A stretch of 38,386 nucleotides of DNA from Candidatus Micrarchaeota archaeon (GCA_043803815.1 JAZDJR010000016.1:1-38386); one strand, 5' to 3'. Positions 1 through 10,096 are shown, numbered from the stretch's first letter. A program made the numbers and translations. The notes: a model not told the origin generated them from the letters alone.

Positions 1-6
1 AACCGT

Positions 7-66
7 AACCACCGCCATTTTCGGTGGTTTCATCCACCGATACGGCTCGGTGGACGTAAATTTACG
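7..66. repeat. Three tandem short inverted repeats
   Basis: AACCACCG(7-14)/CGGTGGTT(22-29), TCCACCGA(33-40)/TCGGTGGA(47-54) and the palindrome CGTAAATTTACG (55-66), read directly from the sequence. Confidence 0.55.
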
Positions 67-366
67 CTGGTAAAACCCAAATGTCAAATCACATTAGGGC
101 AAAAAAATAGCCATCAGCATCGCAAAAGTGGCGAAGTTAAGCTGATAAAAAATATGCAATTTCTCAGCCTAACTGCCGACCCGAACTTTTGTACAAGAAA
201 TAAATTCCTCAAATTTTTTCAGTCTGCAATGTTCCTTTCAATTAATGTTAATACCGTCGCTTTTTCGTTGTTAACATTATCAACGCCCAAAACAGCCGAT
301 TTGCCTTTGGAACGCCGATTCGCTTAAAAAGAAAAAAACCCTATTTTTTGGCGAACCGGTGGCATT

Positions 367-3300
367 GTGGGAATCAAAAACGGCTTGGCGGGAGTGTGGG
401 AAAAACTCGAGGACCCGTATTATCGTTTTTTGGAGTGGCTGGACGACCATGGCATTTCGGTGTTTAATATCACCGACCCCATCGATGCCCATATTCCATC
501 CTTATTGATTTTTCTTGTTTTGATTTTGGTTATTGCCGGCGGCTTAATCTGGCTTTCCAATCCCGCGGCTCCCGCTTTGGTGTCCAACCGCATCGTGTTT
601 GTGGATTCAAGCGATAATCCCCTTTTCGGCGTTTCGGTTGAAATCAACAGCGGTTCGTTTTCCAAAAAAACTGTGACCGCCGCAAGCGGGGAAATGCGGT
701 TTGAATTGCAATCGGGTTCCAAAGTTCAAATCAAAGCCAGCCGCGCGGGGCTTAATCCGGTTGAACAATTGCTGACGGTTCCTAAAGAAGGACTAAACCA
801 AAAAATCGAATTGGCAAGCATTCTTCAGACCGAAACATTTTCAATCCAGTTTGCCGGAACCGACAACCGCGTTATCACGGGAAAAAAACTGAGGTTTGTT
901 TTGTCCTGTTCAAACCAAGGCGCAGTTTTGGACAAAACCGATTTTGAAATCGATTCCGACCAAAAAACCGAAGTCAACCGGCCTGAAAATTGCGGGGCAT
1001 TAATTGTGTCTCTTAAAAGTCCAAGTGAATATCGCCTGGGTTCCTATCCTGTTTCGTCCGGCCAGCCGTTGATTCTTTTGCAGCCGGCGGTAAAAATTGA
1101 GGACGCCCAAACCGGAAGTATTTTGGTTTCTTTATTTTCCGAAGATTCTTCCTTGATTTCACAAAGCGAACCGGTCGCGGTATTGTCCTACAACAACCGC
1201 GTTTTGCAGGAACTGGATGTGGTTAACGGTTCGGTCAGGTTTTCCAATCTGCCTCCGGGGCCTTATTCGGTTTTGGTGTACGATTCCAAACAGGCGTTCA
1301 GCCAAACCGAACCGTCCGCGGTTTTGGTTCAGCCCAATTCCGAAACCATCCAGCGCATCACCGTTTCCAGCCAGGTTGGTTTTTCAGTCAAAGCGCAGGT
1401 TACGGACGGCACGACCAACCAGGCGATTAGCCGTGCAACGGTTCGATTGGTGGAAAAAGAATCGGGTTTGGTTGTCGGCCAAATGCGGACCGCAAATGAC
1501 GGAACCGCGTTATTTAATCTCGAGCACAAGCCCAACCAGGAACTTAATTTGGCGGTGCTGGCAACAGGGTTTTTTTCAACGACGGTTTCGGTTAATCTTT
1601 TGGAAACCGTCCAGTCCGTGGTTCTCAAGCCGGTCGGTCCAAACCAAAACGGCCTAGTTTTAATCCGAATTCAAAACGAACAAGGCGAGGTTGTTGAAAA
1701 CGCGAAAGTTTATTTGCTGGATGAAGCCGGCAACCCAAGGCAGGATATTGCACCGCAAATTTCCGACGCGCTTGGAAAAGCGGCTTTTTCAGGCGTGCCA
1801 CAGGGAACTTTTATTGCTTGGGCCAAAAAAGGTTTTGATGAAGGCCAGTCCGCTGCATTCAACGCCAGTGAAATCCAAAGTGTAGAAGAAACCGTCGTGC
1901 TCAAGCCCGGCAACGCGACCTTGCAAATCAATGCAACGGACGAACAGCAAAAACCCTTGGCCGGCGCCAAGGTAACCGTTTTTAACGAGCAGAACAAGGA
2001 AATTGCGGAATTCGGTTTGGATGACTCCGGAAAGCGCACCGCGAATCTTTCGGCTGGACAAACCGTCCGGTTGCAAATCGAGTATCCCGGTTTTCTGGCG
2101 TTTCGTTCGCAGTTTATTTCCCTGATTTCAAATGCCAACCAAACCGTTAACGCGGTTTTGGTATCCGCAAGTTCCAATCCGGGATTCAAAATCCGGTTTA
2201 CGGGGTTCAAAACCCAAAACGGAAAAACAATCGAACGAATCATTCCCGCAAGTTTAACCTATGCGTTTTTTGAACTGACCGTTCCGCAAGAAATCCAATA
2301 TTCCAAAACGGGAGTTTTTATCCGGCTTGAACAAGGCTCCGACCCGAACGATTGGACAATCCAAAACGTGCAGACTCCGGGCGGAATCATTTTTATGGGA
2401 AACGCGTTTTCCCCGCCCGACGGCGAGACAAAAGATTTGGCGTTAAGCAACCTGGTTTCCGCGAACGGCCAATGGACCAAAATCAGCTTTTCGGATTTGG
2501 CCTCCGGAACGTATTCGATTGCAGTCGGAGTCAAAACGCGGGCGGATATTGAAAGCAAAAGCAGCCTTAAGCTGCATTTTAACGCGTGGGCCGCTGAAAA
2601 AGACAAAACCGAATGGGTAACCTTGCCCGAAGATTTGGCCGCTGCCAATAATTCAAAGCCGCTTTTGTATGCGGATTCGTTTGAACAGCCGGCCATTGTG
2701 GGAAGCGTTTTGGACGAATGCATTTTGTCGATTTGCCTGCAGGATTTCCGTGCCAAGGAAACCGCAAATGACCAGTGGCTTTTGTATCCGTTCGAACTGC
2801 GCAATAACCGCGAGTATGAATTCCTGTTCAGTGTTTCCAATTCCGGCGAAAACTCCGAACATATTGCATTGTCCGCAGCCAACCAAATTTTAGGAGCCGG
2901 CGCGGTTGAAATCCAAATCGGTTCGTACAATGTTGAAACAACCGATGGCGCTTTGCTTTCGGCAGTTGTCAATGATTATGCAACCGCAATGCCGATTGAA
3001 TTTGATTTGGCAAAGCTTGCCAAAGCCGATATTCGGTTTATTCTCAAAGCGCAGGCAAGCCAGCCCAGCCAAATTGCCCTGAATCTGGCCTTGCAAAGCG
3101 GGGGGAAAATAGAAAAAACCGCGGAATTTTTGTCCGCGGGAAACGCGCAATTCCAGGTATCCGTTTCGCCGTCCATCATTCCGGTTTTGACGGAAACGCC
3201 GCTGGAAATAACCGTAACCGAAAAAGATTCGCACACACCTGTTTCCGATGCCAGCGTCCTATTGCAAATAATATCTCCGGACAACTCGGATACATCCCAA

Positions 3301-6300
3301 ACCCAATTCACCACTTCGGAGGGAAAAGCAAATTTTTTGATTCCGCAATTATCCGTCCAAAGCAGTTTAAAAATTCAGGTATCCAAAAACGGCTTTGAAA
3401 CAATCGAACTGGAACAACCGGTAGGTTTAATTGTCCAGTTTGTGCCCGACCATTTGCAAGCCGAACTGGACCTGGCCACCCAGCCCGGTTTTTCCCTTCC
3501 GTTTGTTTTGCAAAACCAAAGCAGCCTGAACCTTTTGGGCCAAGGCGCAGAATTATCCGGACCGATTGACGGGGTATTGGATTTGGATCAATTGTCCCAG
3601 ACATTAAGCCGGTTTAAGGGACTTACCTTAGCCGCCCAAAACTCTGTTAGCGCGGACTTTTTTTCGGTTCAATTGGACCCGAATATTTTTTTGTCCGAAG
3701 ACAGCGTTTTTGAGACCAGCGCACTCCTTTATTTCAAAACAATCAGTTCAGATCAAAACTTTGTTTTTTCCCTGCCCCTAACCCTGACTGTGCATGCAAC
3801 ACAGGGAATTAACGCGGCCGCTTCCACTTGCCTGACCGTTACCCCCGCGGTTTGGAACGGGGTCTTGCAGCAAAACCAAAGCGCATTATCCGTTACCGTT
3901 TCCAACCAATGCGCAAGCGACAATGGAGAAGGAATCGATTTTAATTCCTTGGAAGGCCGCATCGAATGGCCGGGATTTGCTTTGGGCAATGTGGAAATGG
4001 AACTGCAAAGCCAAAACAGCGGCGATTCGTCTGCCGTAGTGCTGAAAAAAACCGAATGGCAAACATTGGCGAACAATTTTGCGTTCAATTCCAATGCCAC
4101 GGCAAACCTGACTTTTACTCCGACCGCGGATACCCTAGGCCAAACCGCGGAATTCAATGTCGTGGTTTCCGGAAAAACCAAAAACGGCCGGCGATTCGTA
4201 GCCGCACCGATTGTATCCAAATTATTGATTGCCAACCTTAAAGACTGCCTGATGTTTACCCCAAAGCCGCGGGAAGGAATCGCTATTCCGTTCGGCGGGC
4301 AAAATACTTTTTCCGTCGATTCCAGCCAATGCGGCAGCATGATTTTAGACATTGCCTTGTGCAAGGATGACCCCGGCTGCATGGGCGGCGCAAGCAAAGG
4401 AAAAATCAATGTAATGCCGTCCGAGTTTTCGCTTTCTCCCGAAACACCCAGCCAAACAGTTACAGTTTCCGGCGGCGACTTGCCCGGCGCCTACGGCATC
4501 ACGGTTTTTGTCGCCACCCAGCAGCAACCCTTTCAGCCCGTAGCCTTGATAGACGCAGTGGTAGACAACGACCCAGCCAAGCATTTTAGCCTGAACAAAT
4601 TCGAGTTTTTTGTCAAAAACAAAGGAACCGACTCCGCAACACTCACCAACAATTACGTGTCCAAACCGGTTACGGTTTCGGCTCCCGCCAAAGTCTGGGC
4701 TGAGATTGCTGCGCCCGACGAAAACGGTTTAAGCGGAATGCAAGCCGCCGGAGACGGCTTAGACCCCAATGCGATTGCCGCACTTACTCCCGCACTTGCA
4801 GAGTCCCGCAACGCGATTCAGCAGCTCGCAAGCCAAGTCGCGGACTCGTTAGATCAAGCCGGAAAATCCGCAGACACTGCAAGCCAGCAAACCAACGATG
4901 CCGCGCAAAAAACCAGCGATTCCAAAGACCAGGTATCGGGTGCTTTGGACCAGGCCGGCCAAGGGGTCGGCATGGCTAACATGATAGTAATGGACTGCGC
5001 ACCATTAACCGCCTGTGCTTCGGGCGCGGTAGTGCTAACAATGTGCCCAACGGCAAAAGCGGATGCCGCCAGGATTTGCGCTTCCGCGCAAAGCCTTTTT
5101 GGGGGAATCGCCAATGCCGTTAAAGCGCCTCTTAGTTCAGCAACGGAAGCCATTAAAGGGGCGACCAAAACAATGGGCACGCCGGCTTCAGGGGGTGGCG
5201 GTTTTGGCGGTAACTCGGGATTGAATGCGGATACCAAAGCAAGCCAAAAAAGGGCGATTTTTGCTTCAATTGGAACAGGCGGGTTCACTGCAGAGCTACG
5301 GCAAACAAGAACCCTTGCCTATTTCCAAGGTACGGGAGATTCGGTAAATTCGACAAGCCAGGCCCAGCAGCAACTTATTCAGGGAAGAGCCGATTCCGCA
5401 GTTGCCAGTTCTTCGCAAGCTTCCAATGGAGCGGCTTTGGCAAGCCAGCAGGCGGCCAATTCGTGCCAGAGCAGCAATCAGGCCGCCCAGCAGGACAAGC
5501 AGGCACAGGACCAAACAAAGGATTCCTCGCAAAATCAGGCAAGCGGAATCAGCGGGCTGGGACAGAACATTGCACAGGCAGCCATATTTGAAACCAATGT
5601 TGCCACGGCGCCTTGTTTGAACACATGGTGCCAGCCGCAAATTATGAAGATGCGCCAGACACTTTATACTTTTAAAGGGCTTCAAACCGCATTGCAGGGC
5701 GCTTCACAAACCGCAAAGGATTCGACGGATAACAAAGCCCAGCCCGGCCAGCAGCAGTCCGAACAGGCATCCAAAGCGGCCGCAGGTCTTGCCTGCGAAA
5801 CCTCCAAGCGCCTGCGCGAATTCGCGGATGCAACTCCCGCCATTTCCAAGGATTCGGGGGATGCCAATGACGAAATCATGCAGAACATCACCAATGCCTC
5901 CAACGCGCAGGGCCTGACCGACGGCCTGACCAACGGAATTTACCGCGACGAAATCGTCAGCAACGTATTTTCCGGATATTTAATCAACCTGGTCAATGAC
6001 GGAAAAGAAATCACGGCAGACAATCCGAAAATAAAAGGAAAATTCAACACCGAACAAGCCAAGGTTTCCAATCATTACAAGGAACAAAAAGTCGGAGTCG
6101 TGTTTGAAAATACGGGACTCAAAAACGACCGGCCGGTATACAGCACGGTGACCATCAAAGCCGACCAGCATGATTACGCAGAACCCCAAAGCGTTCCGCT
6201 TGGGGAAACCGACTGGGGCGCTTTTCGCCTCGAAAAAATCGGTACCACGACTCCATACGAACAGGAATTCCATTTGAAATTCAATGCAAGCGAAAACGCG

Positions 6301-8034
6301 GAAAGCGATTTTGGAGTCAATCCGTCGGAGAACCGCTGCGTACAGGGAAGCCTGATTGGTCAGACTACGGCTGAAGCATTGCCAAAAATAAAATTATCAT
6401 GGAAATGGAGCGACATTTCCGCCGACTTTTGCGATGCCGCAAACCCGAATTACAATTACTGCGATGCCAGCCAGCTGGCCATTGTCGTATCCAAGCGATT
6501 GAACAGCCTGCACGAATTTTTAAGCCAAAACCGCGAACTTTCCTGCCCGGAAAATCCCTATGAACCCAAATTGCAAAAGCAGGCCGACGAGCTTAATCCA
6601 GTGCTCAGCCAAAACGGAATTGCAACCGTCGGCGTCACAGACCAAACCGTCAAATGCTGGATACTTAAAACCACGGACACATTGGACGGCAGGCCGGCAT
6701 TGTCCTATTACGTGGAAGCCAATGCAAACAAGGTCCGCTTTACAACCGATGTTCCCGATGTAACCGCTTTGGAATCGCTCTTGAACTTTGACGCTTACCT
6801 GATACAAGACGGCTTTTCAACCGACTTTGTAAAAGACTTTTCCGATTATTACACCCAGCTGAATTTTTCGGACACGCCAAGCTTTTTCTTCGACGGTTCC
6901 AACGGAGCAAACCAGTTCAAGTTTTTCAGCGGCCAAAAAATTTCATTTCGCCAAAAATTCACGACAGCTAAAACAATGCCGACTAGCGGATTGTACAAAA
7001 TCAATTTAATCGCGGATTTTACCAAGCAGGACCGCTGGCAATTTTTTGATACTGCCAACAAGCCCAGCGCTGATATTTCGATTGACCTGCTTGCGTTCAA
7101 GCAAACCGCCGACAACTCGCCATTTTATTACCTGCCGTTTGACGGACTCGTCGGATTAAACGGAAACCGGTTAAACCGCCAGGGATATGGAACGGCTTTC
7201 ACAGTATCCGAAAATCAGGTGTTTTTCATTTCCCGAAAAACAGGCATAGCCACGGTTCCCGACAGCGGTTCCGTACCGAATCAAACCGTCAAAATCAACC
7301 GCTCCAGTTCGCTTGCGGCGCTCAACTCGCAGCCTTCGCGGCGCGGAATTATTCTGGACGTGCAATCCAAAAACGAAAGCCAAAAACAGCTCGATTTCTC
7401 GCCATCCATTGCAACACCCGTTCTCCTCAAAATTTCACAGGCGGCAACGTCAAAACCGTTTTCGGTTTTTTACGACATTCGAAACGCACAAGTCGGGGAA
7501 ACAACAGGGGACACCTTGGCATTTTGGACCGGAGCAGGAGCCTGCAGGGATTTTTCCGGCAGTATGGTTACGGAAGTATTTTCGGAAAAACCCGACCGCA
7601 AAGCCACCAAAAACGACCATTTTGACGCATGGAAAAACGCATACGCCATAGACTGGGAAAAAGCAGCGATTGGCGGAGACGAATACTTAAAAACCGTTTT
7701 TTATACTCCCGTCAATTCCGCTTACGCATTAAATTCGCAATCCCAAAACGCGGTCATCGGAACCCCCGATCAGGAATTTCAGCCATCGGTTGATTTGCAG
7801 GGAATCCAAAACATGCCGTTTAACCGCAAAGGCCAGACCGAAACCGACCGCATAACCGCACTTGACGACTTATTCAGCCTCGTTGAAAACGGGCAGGTAT
7901 GCGTCACCAACACGGGGCAGCGCACCCGATTCTGGTGGAACCAAAAAACGCTTTACCAGCAAACCGGAAACACCAATAAAAATATTCAAAACATCGAAGA
8001 CGGCCTGCAGTCCCTGACCAGCTGCATCGGATAA
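367..8034 (+). CDS. Giant (2555 aa) N-terminally membrane-anchored extracellular multidomain protein. It has tandem carboxypeptidase-regulatory-like/Ig-like beta-sandwich domains and a central Ala/Gln/Ser-rich helical insert.
   Basis: GTG start and a 7.7-kb ORF. TM helix SLLIFLVLILVIAGGLIWL at about aa 44-62. Repeated 'V.D..G.P(L/V)..A.V.(L/V)......T...G.A.F' type motifs. Paired Cys between domains. Confidence 0.85.
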   Translation: MGIKNGLAGVWEKLEDPYYRFLEWLDDHGISVFNITDPIDAHIPSLLIFLVLILVIAGGLIWLSNPAAPALVSNRIVFVDSSDNPLFGVSVEINSGSFSKKTVTAASGEMRFELQSGSKVQIKASRAGLNPVEQLLTVPKEGLNQKIELASILQTETFSIQFAGTDNRVITGKKLRFVLSCSNQGAVLDKTDFEIDSDQKTEVNRPENCGALIVSLKSPSEYRLGSYPVSSGQPLILLQPAVKIEDAQTGSILVSLFSEDSSLISQSEPVAVLSYNNRVLQELDVVNGSVRFSNLPPGPYSVLVYDSKQAFSQTEPSAVLVQPNSETIQRITVSSQVGFSVKAQVTDGTTNQAISRATVRLVEKESGLVVGQMRTANDGTALFNLEHKPNQELNLAVLATGFFSTTVSVNLLETVQSVVLKPVGPNQNGLVLIRIQNEQGEVVENAKVYLLDEAGNPRQDIAPQISDALGKAAFSGVPQGTFIAWAKKGFDEGQSAAFNASEIQSVEETVVLKPGNATLQINATDEQQKPLAGAKVTVFNEQNKEIAEFGLDDSGKRTANLSAGQTVRLQIEYPGFLAFRSQFISLISNANQTVNAVLVSASSNPGFKIRFTGFKTQNGKTIERIIPASLTYAFFELTVPQEIQYSKTGVFIRLEQGSDPNDWTIQNVQTPGGIIFMGNAFSPPDGETKDLALSNLVSANGQWTKISFSDLASGTYSIAVGVKTRADIESKSSLKLHFNAWAAEKDKTEWVTLPEDLAAANNSKPLLYADSFEQPAIVGSVLDECILSICLQDFRAKETANDQWLLYPFELRNNREYEFLFSVSNSGENSEHIALSAANQILGAGAVEIQIGSYNVETTDGALLSAVVNDYATAMPIEFDLAKLAKADIRFILKAQASQPSQIALNLALQSGGKIEKTAEFLSAGNAQFQVSVSPSIIPVLTETPLEITVTEKDSHTPVSDASVLLQIISPDNSDTSQTQFTTSEGKANFLIPQLSVQSSLKIQVSKNGFETIELEQPVGLIVQFVPDHLQAELDLATQPGFSLPFVLQNQSSLNLLGQGAELSGPIDGVLDLDQLSQTLSRFKGLTLAAQNSVSADFFSVQLDPNIFLSEDSVFETSALLYFKTISSDQNFVFSLPLTLTVHATQGINAAASTCLTVTPAVWNGVLQQNQSALSVTVSNQCASDNGEGIDFNSLEGRIEWPGFALGNVEMELQSQNSGDSSAVVLKKTEWQTLANNFAFNSNATANLTFTPTADTLGQTAEFNVVVSGKTKNGRRFVAAPIVSKLLIANLKDCLMFTPKPREGIAIPFGGQNTFSVDSSQCGSMILDIALCKDDPGCMGGASKGKINVMPSEFSLSPETPSQTVTVSGGDLPGAYGITVFVATQQQPFQPVALIDAVVDNDPAKHFSLNKFEFFVKNKGTDSATLTNNYVSKPVTVSAPAKVWAEIAAPDENGLSGMQAAGDGLDPNAIAALTPALAESRNAIQQLASQVADSLDQAGKSADTASQQTNDAAQKTSDSKDQVSGALDQAGQGVGMANMIVMDCAPLTACASGAVVLTMCPTAKADAARICASAQSLFGGIANAVKAPLSSATEAIKGATKTMGTPASGGGGFGGNSGLNADTKASQKRAIFASIGTGGFTAELRQTRTLAYFQGTGDSVNSTSQAQQQLIQGRADSAVASSSQASNGAALASQQAANSCQSSNQAAQQDKQAQDQTKDSSQNQASGISGLGQNIAQAAIFETNVATAPCLNTWCQPQIMKMRQTLYTFKGLQTALQGASQTAKDSTDNKAQPGQQQSEQASKAAAGLACETSKRLREFADATPAISKDSGDANDEIMQNITNASNAQGLTDGLTNGIYRDEIVSNVFSGYLINLVNDGKEITADNPKIKGKFNTEQAKVSNHYKEQKVGVVFENTGLKNDRPVYSTVTIKADQHDYAEPQSVPLGETDWGAFRLEKIGTTTPYEQEFHLKFNASENAESDFGVNPSENRCVQGSLIGQTTAEALPKIKLSWKWSDISADFCDAANPNYNYCDASQLAIVVSKRLNSLHEFLSQNRELSCPENPYEPKLQKQADELNPVLSQNGIATVGVTDQTVKCWILKTTDTLDGRPALSYYVEANANKVRFTTDVPDVTALESLLNFDAYLIQDGFSTDFVKDFSDYYTQLNFSDTPSFFFDGSNGANQFKFFSGQKISFRQKFTTAKTMPTSGLYKINLIADFTKQDRWQFFDTANKPSADISIDLLAFKQTADNSPFYYLPFDGLVGLNGNRLNRQGYGTAFTVSENQVFFISRKTGIATVPDSGSVPNQTVKINRSSSLAALNSQPSRRGIILDVQSKNESQKQLDFSPSIATPVLLKISQAATSKPFSVFYDIRNAQVGETTGDTLAFWTGAGACRDFSGSMVTEVFSEKPDRKATKNDHFDAWKNAYAIDWEKAAIGGDEYLKTVFYTPVNSAYALNSQSQNAVIGTPDQEFQPSVDLQGIQNMPFNRKGQTETDRITALDDLFSLVENGQVCVTNTGQRTRFWWNQKTLYQQTGNTNKNIQNIEDGLQSLTSCIG

Positions 8035-8048
8035 AACGATTAGATTAA

Positions 8049-8075
8049 ATATTTGTATGCACATATTACAAATAT
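8049..8075. promoter_or_regulatory. Putative antitoxin operator (9-bp perfect inverted repeat)
   Basis: ATATTTGTA(8049-8057)-9 nt-TACAAATAT(8067-8075), ending immediately before the antitoxin ATG at 8076. Confidence 0.55.
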
Positions 8076-8294
8076 ATGGGAAATATAACTTTGGCGGTTT
8101 CGGAAGAACTGCATGAAAAAATGAAGAGCCACCCCGAATTCAAATGGAGCGAAGTGGCGCGCAAAGCAATTGAAGAAAAAATTGACGATGCCGATTTAAT
8201 GGACGACCTTAAGGCGATTCGCCAGGCCGAAAAAGACCAGCAGGAAGGAAAAACGGTTTCGCATAAAGCACTCCTCAAAAAACTGGGGATGTGA
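8076..8294 (+). CDS. Ribbon-helix-helix (CopG-like) antitoxin, type II TA
   Basis: N-terminal [14 protein letters not shown]...[13 protein letters not shown] fits a beta-alpha-alpha RHH pattern. C-terminal [21 protein letters not shown] resembles RelB-type tails. Its stop abuts the toxin ATG (TGAATG). Confidence 0.75.
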   Translation: MGNITLAVSEELHEKMKSHPEFKWSEVARKAIEEKIDDADLMDDLKAIRQAEKDQQEGKTVSHKALLKKLGM

Positions 8295-8546
8295 ATGCCG
8301 TTTGAAATCCAGTACTCGCAATTGGCTGTCAAACAGCTCCAAAAACTGGACAAGGCCGCGCAAAAAAACGTGTTAAAACGAATCGAAAAAATAGCCCAAA
8401 ATCCCGAACTATCCAAGCCGCTTGGAAACGTATTCAAAAACTTTCGAAGCGAACGCATCGGCGGCCTTCGAATCGTTTTTAAAATCCAGTCAAACCTGAT
8501 TTTGATAGCCAAAATAGCGCCGCGAAAAGAAGCGTACGACCCATGA
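8295..8546 (+). CDS. relE: RelE/ParE-family toxin
   Basis: 83-aa basic protein with FEIQYSQLAVKQLQKLD, LSKPLG, RIGGLRIVF and RKEAY, typical of the RelE/StbE fold. Lies directly downstream of an RHH gene. Confidence 0.8.
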   Translation: MPFEIQYSQLAVKQLQKLDKAAQKNVLKRIEKIAQNPELSKPLGNVFKNFRSERIGGLRIVFKIQSNLILIAKIAPRKEAYDP

Positions 8547-8586
8547 AAAGAATTTTAAGGATTATTTACTTTTAGTATTGAGTTTT

Positions 8587-9828
8587 ATGGCAGCATCCAA
8601 ATCGAGCGAATTTGACGCCATCATCGTCGGCGCGGGACCCGGCGGCGCATCCATGGCCATGTACCTGCAAAAGCAGGGCCAAAACGTTTTGCTCCTTGAA
8701 AAATCCGAGTTTCCACGCGACAAAATATGCGGAGACGCCATCGGCGTTCGCGCCATGGTCGTTTTGCGCGAACTTGGAATCGCAGACCAGATGGAAGCGC
8801 AAAAACACGAAAAAACCTACGGCGTGATTTTTTCCTCTCCCAAAGGCCAGACAGTCCAAATCCAGTTTCCCAACACCGACCCCTCAACCGGAAAAGGCGG
8901 ATACGTCTGCCGGCGCATGGTATTCGACAATTTTTTGTTTCAAAACGCCAAAAAACGGGTTTTAAACGTCCGCGAAAACATCCAGGTCACGGATTTGATT
9001 TGGGAAAACGATTTCGTCGTCGGAGTCAAGGCAATCGATTTGAAAACAAAACAACACTTAGAATTCAAAAGCAAAATCGTAATCGGAGCCGACGGAGCGT
9101 CCGGAATCGTCGCAGCCAAACTCGGGCTAAACGCGTCGCTTCCCGAACACGAATGCATCGCGCTTCGCCAGTACTACGAGAACATCGGCGGCTGCACGAA
9201 CAACATTGAAATCCATTTTGTGGATTCGCTTTTGCCCGGCTATTTCTGGATTTTTCCCCTGGAAAACAACACCGCCAATGTCGGCGTCGGCATGCTCGCC
9301 AGCGACATCAAAAAAAAGAAAGTAAAACTGCAGGAATCAATGGATGCGGTCATCAAAAACGACCCGCTCTTTAAGGAACGCTTTGCCAAGGCCAAGGCGA
9401 TTTCGGACATCAAGGGCTGGCGCCTGCCCTTGGGCTCTTTTCACCGCAAATGCCACGGCAACGGATGGATACTGCTTGGCGACGCGGCGTCCCTAATCGA
9501 CCCGTTTTCGGGGGAAGGAATCGGCAACTCCATGACCAGCAGCCGAATCGCGGACAAGATTTTGGCAAAAGCGTTTGAAAAAAACGATTTTTCGGAAAAC
9601 TTTTTGCGGCAATACGACACGGAACTTTGGAAAGAACTCGGCCCCGAACTCAAAACCAGCAGTTATCTGCAGAAGTTGGGAAAAATAAAGCCCCTTTTGA
9701 ATTTTGTCATCAACAAAGCAAGCAAAAATAAACGGGTGCAAAAAGAAATCTCGGGAATGCTGGCCAACGAAAACGCCAAAAAAGAAATGGCCAACCCGCT
9801 GTTTTATTTGAAACTGCTTTTTGCTTGA
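8587..9828 (+). CDS. Geranylgeranyl reductase family FAD-dependent oxidoreductase (paralog 1)
   Basis: Motifs GAGPGG, FPRDKICGD, GADG, PGYFWIFP and LLGDAASLIDPFSGEGI. ATG at 8587 preferred over TTG at 8578. Confidence 0.9.
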   Translation: MAASKSSEFDAIIVGAGPGGASMAMYLQKQGQNVLLLEKSEFPRDKICGDAIGVRAMVVLRELGIADQMEAQKHEKTYGVIFSSPKGQTVQIQFPNTDPSTGKGGYVCRRMVFDNFLFQNAKKRVLNVRENIQVTDLIWENDFVVGVKAIDLKTKQHLEFKSKIVIGADGASGIVAAKLGLNASLPEHECIALRQYYENIGGCTNNIEIHFVDSLLPGYFWIFPLENNTANVGVGMLASDIKKKKVKLQESMDAVIKNDPLFKERFAKAKAISDIKGWRLPLGSFHRKCHGNGWILLGDAASLIDPFSGEGIGNSMTSSRIADKILAKAFEKNDFSENFLRQYDTELWKELGPELKTSSYLQKLGKIKPLLNFVINKASKNKRVQKEISGMLANENAKKEMANPLFYLKLLFA

Positions 9829-9895
9829 AACTAAAAACCAACAAAAGTCGAGTACAGAATAACCAATATCCACAAAACAATTATCGTGTCCAATA

Positions 9896-10096
9896 TCATT
9901 TGAGTCTTTTCGCTAAAATTTCCTGTTTTTTAACCAAAAAAACGACAAACGGAACCGCGCCCAAAAACAAAATACTCCAAAACCCGGGAGTTTCCCAAAG
10001 AGCAATATCTGCTGTTGCTATCAATGAAAATGAACCGGACACAAATCAGATGCAAAAAAGAAGCGATGCCAAAACCAGCAGTTTTCGAATAACCAA
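9896..10096 (-). pseudogene. Possible small two-TM membrane protein gene interrupted by an in-frame TGA
   Basis: Minus strand from TTG 10096 reads MVIRKLLVLASLLFCI*FVSGSFSLIATADIALWETPGFWSILFLGAVPFVVFLVKKQEILAKRLK*. Internal TGA at 10048-10046. Confidence 0.35.
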
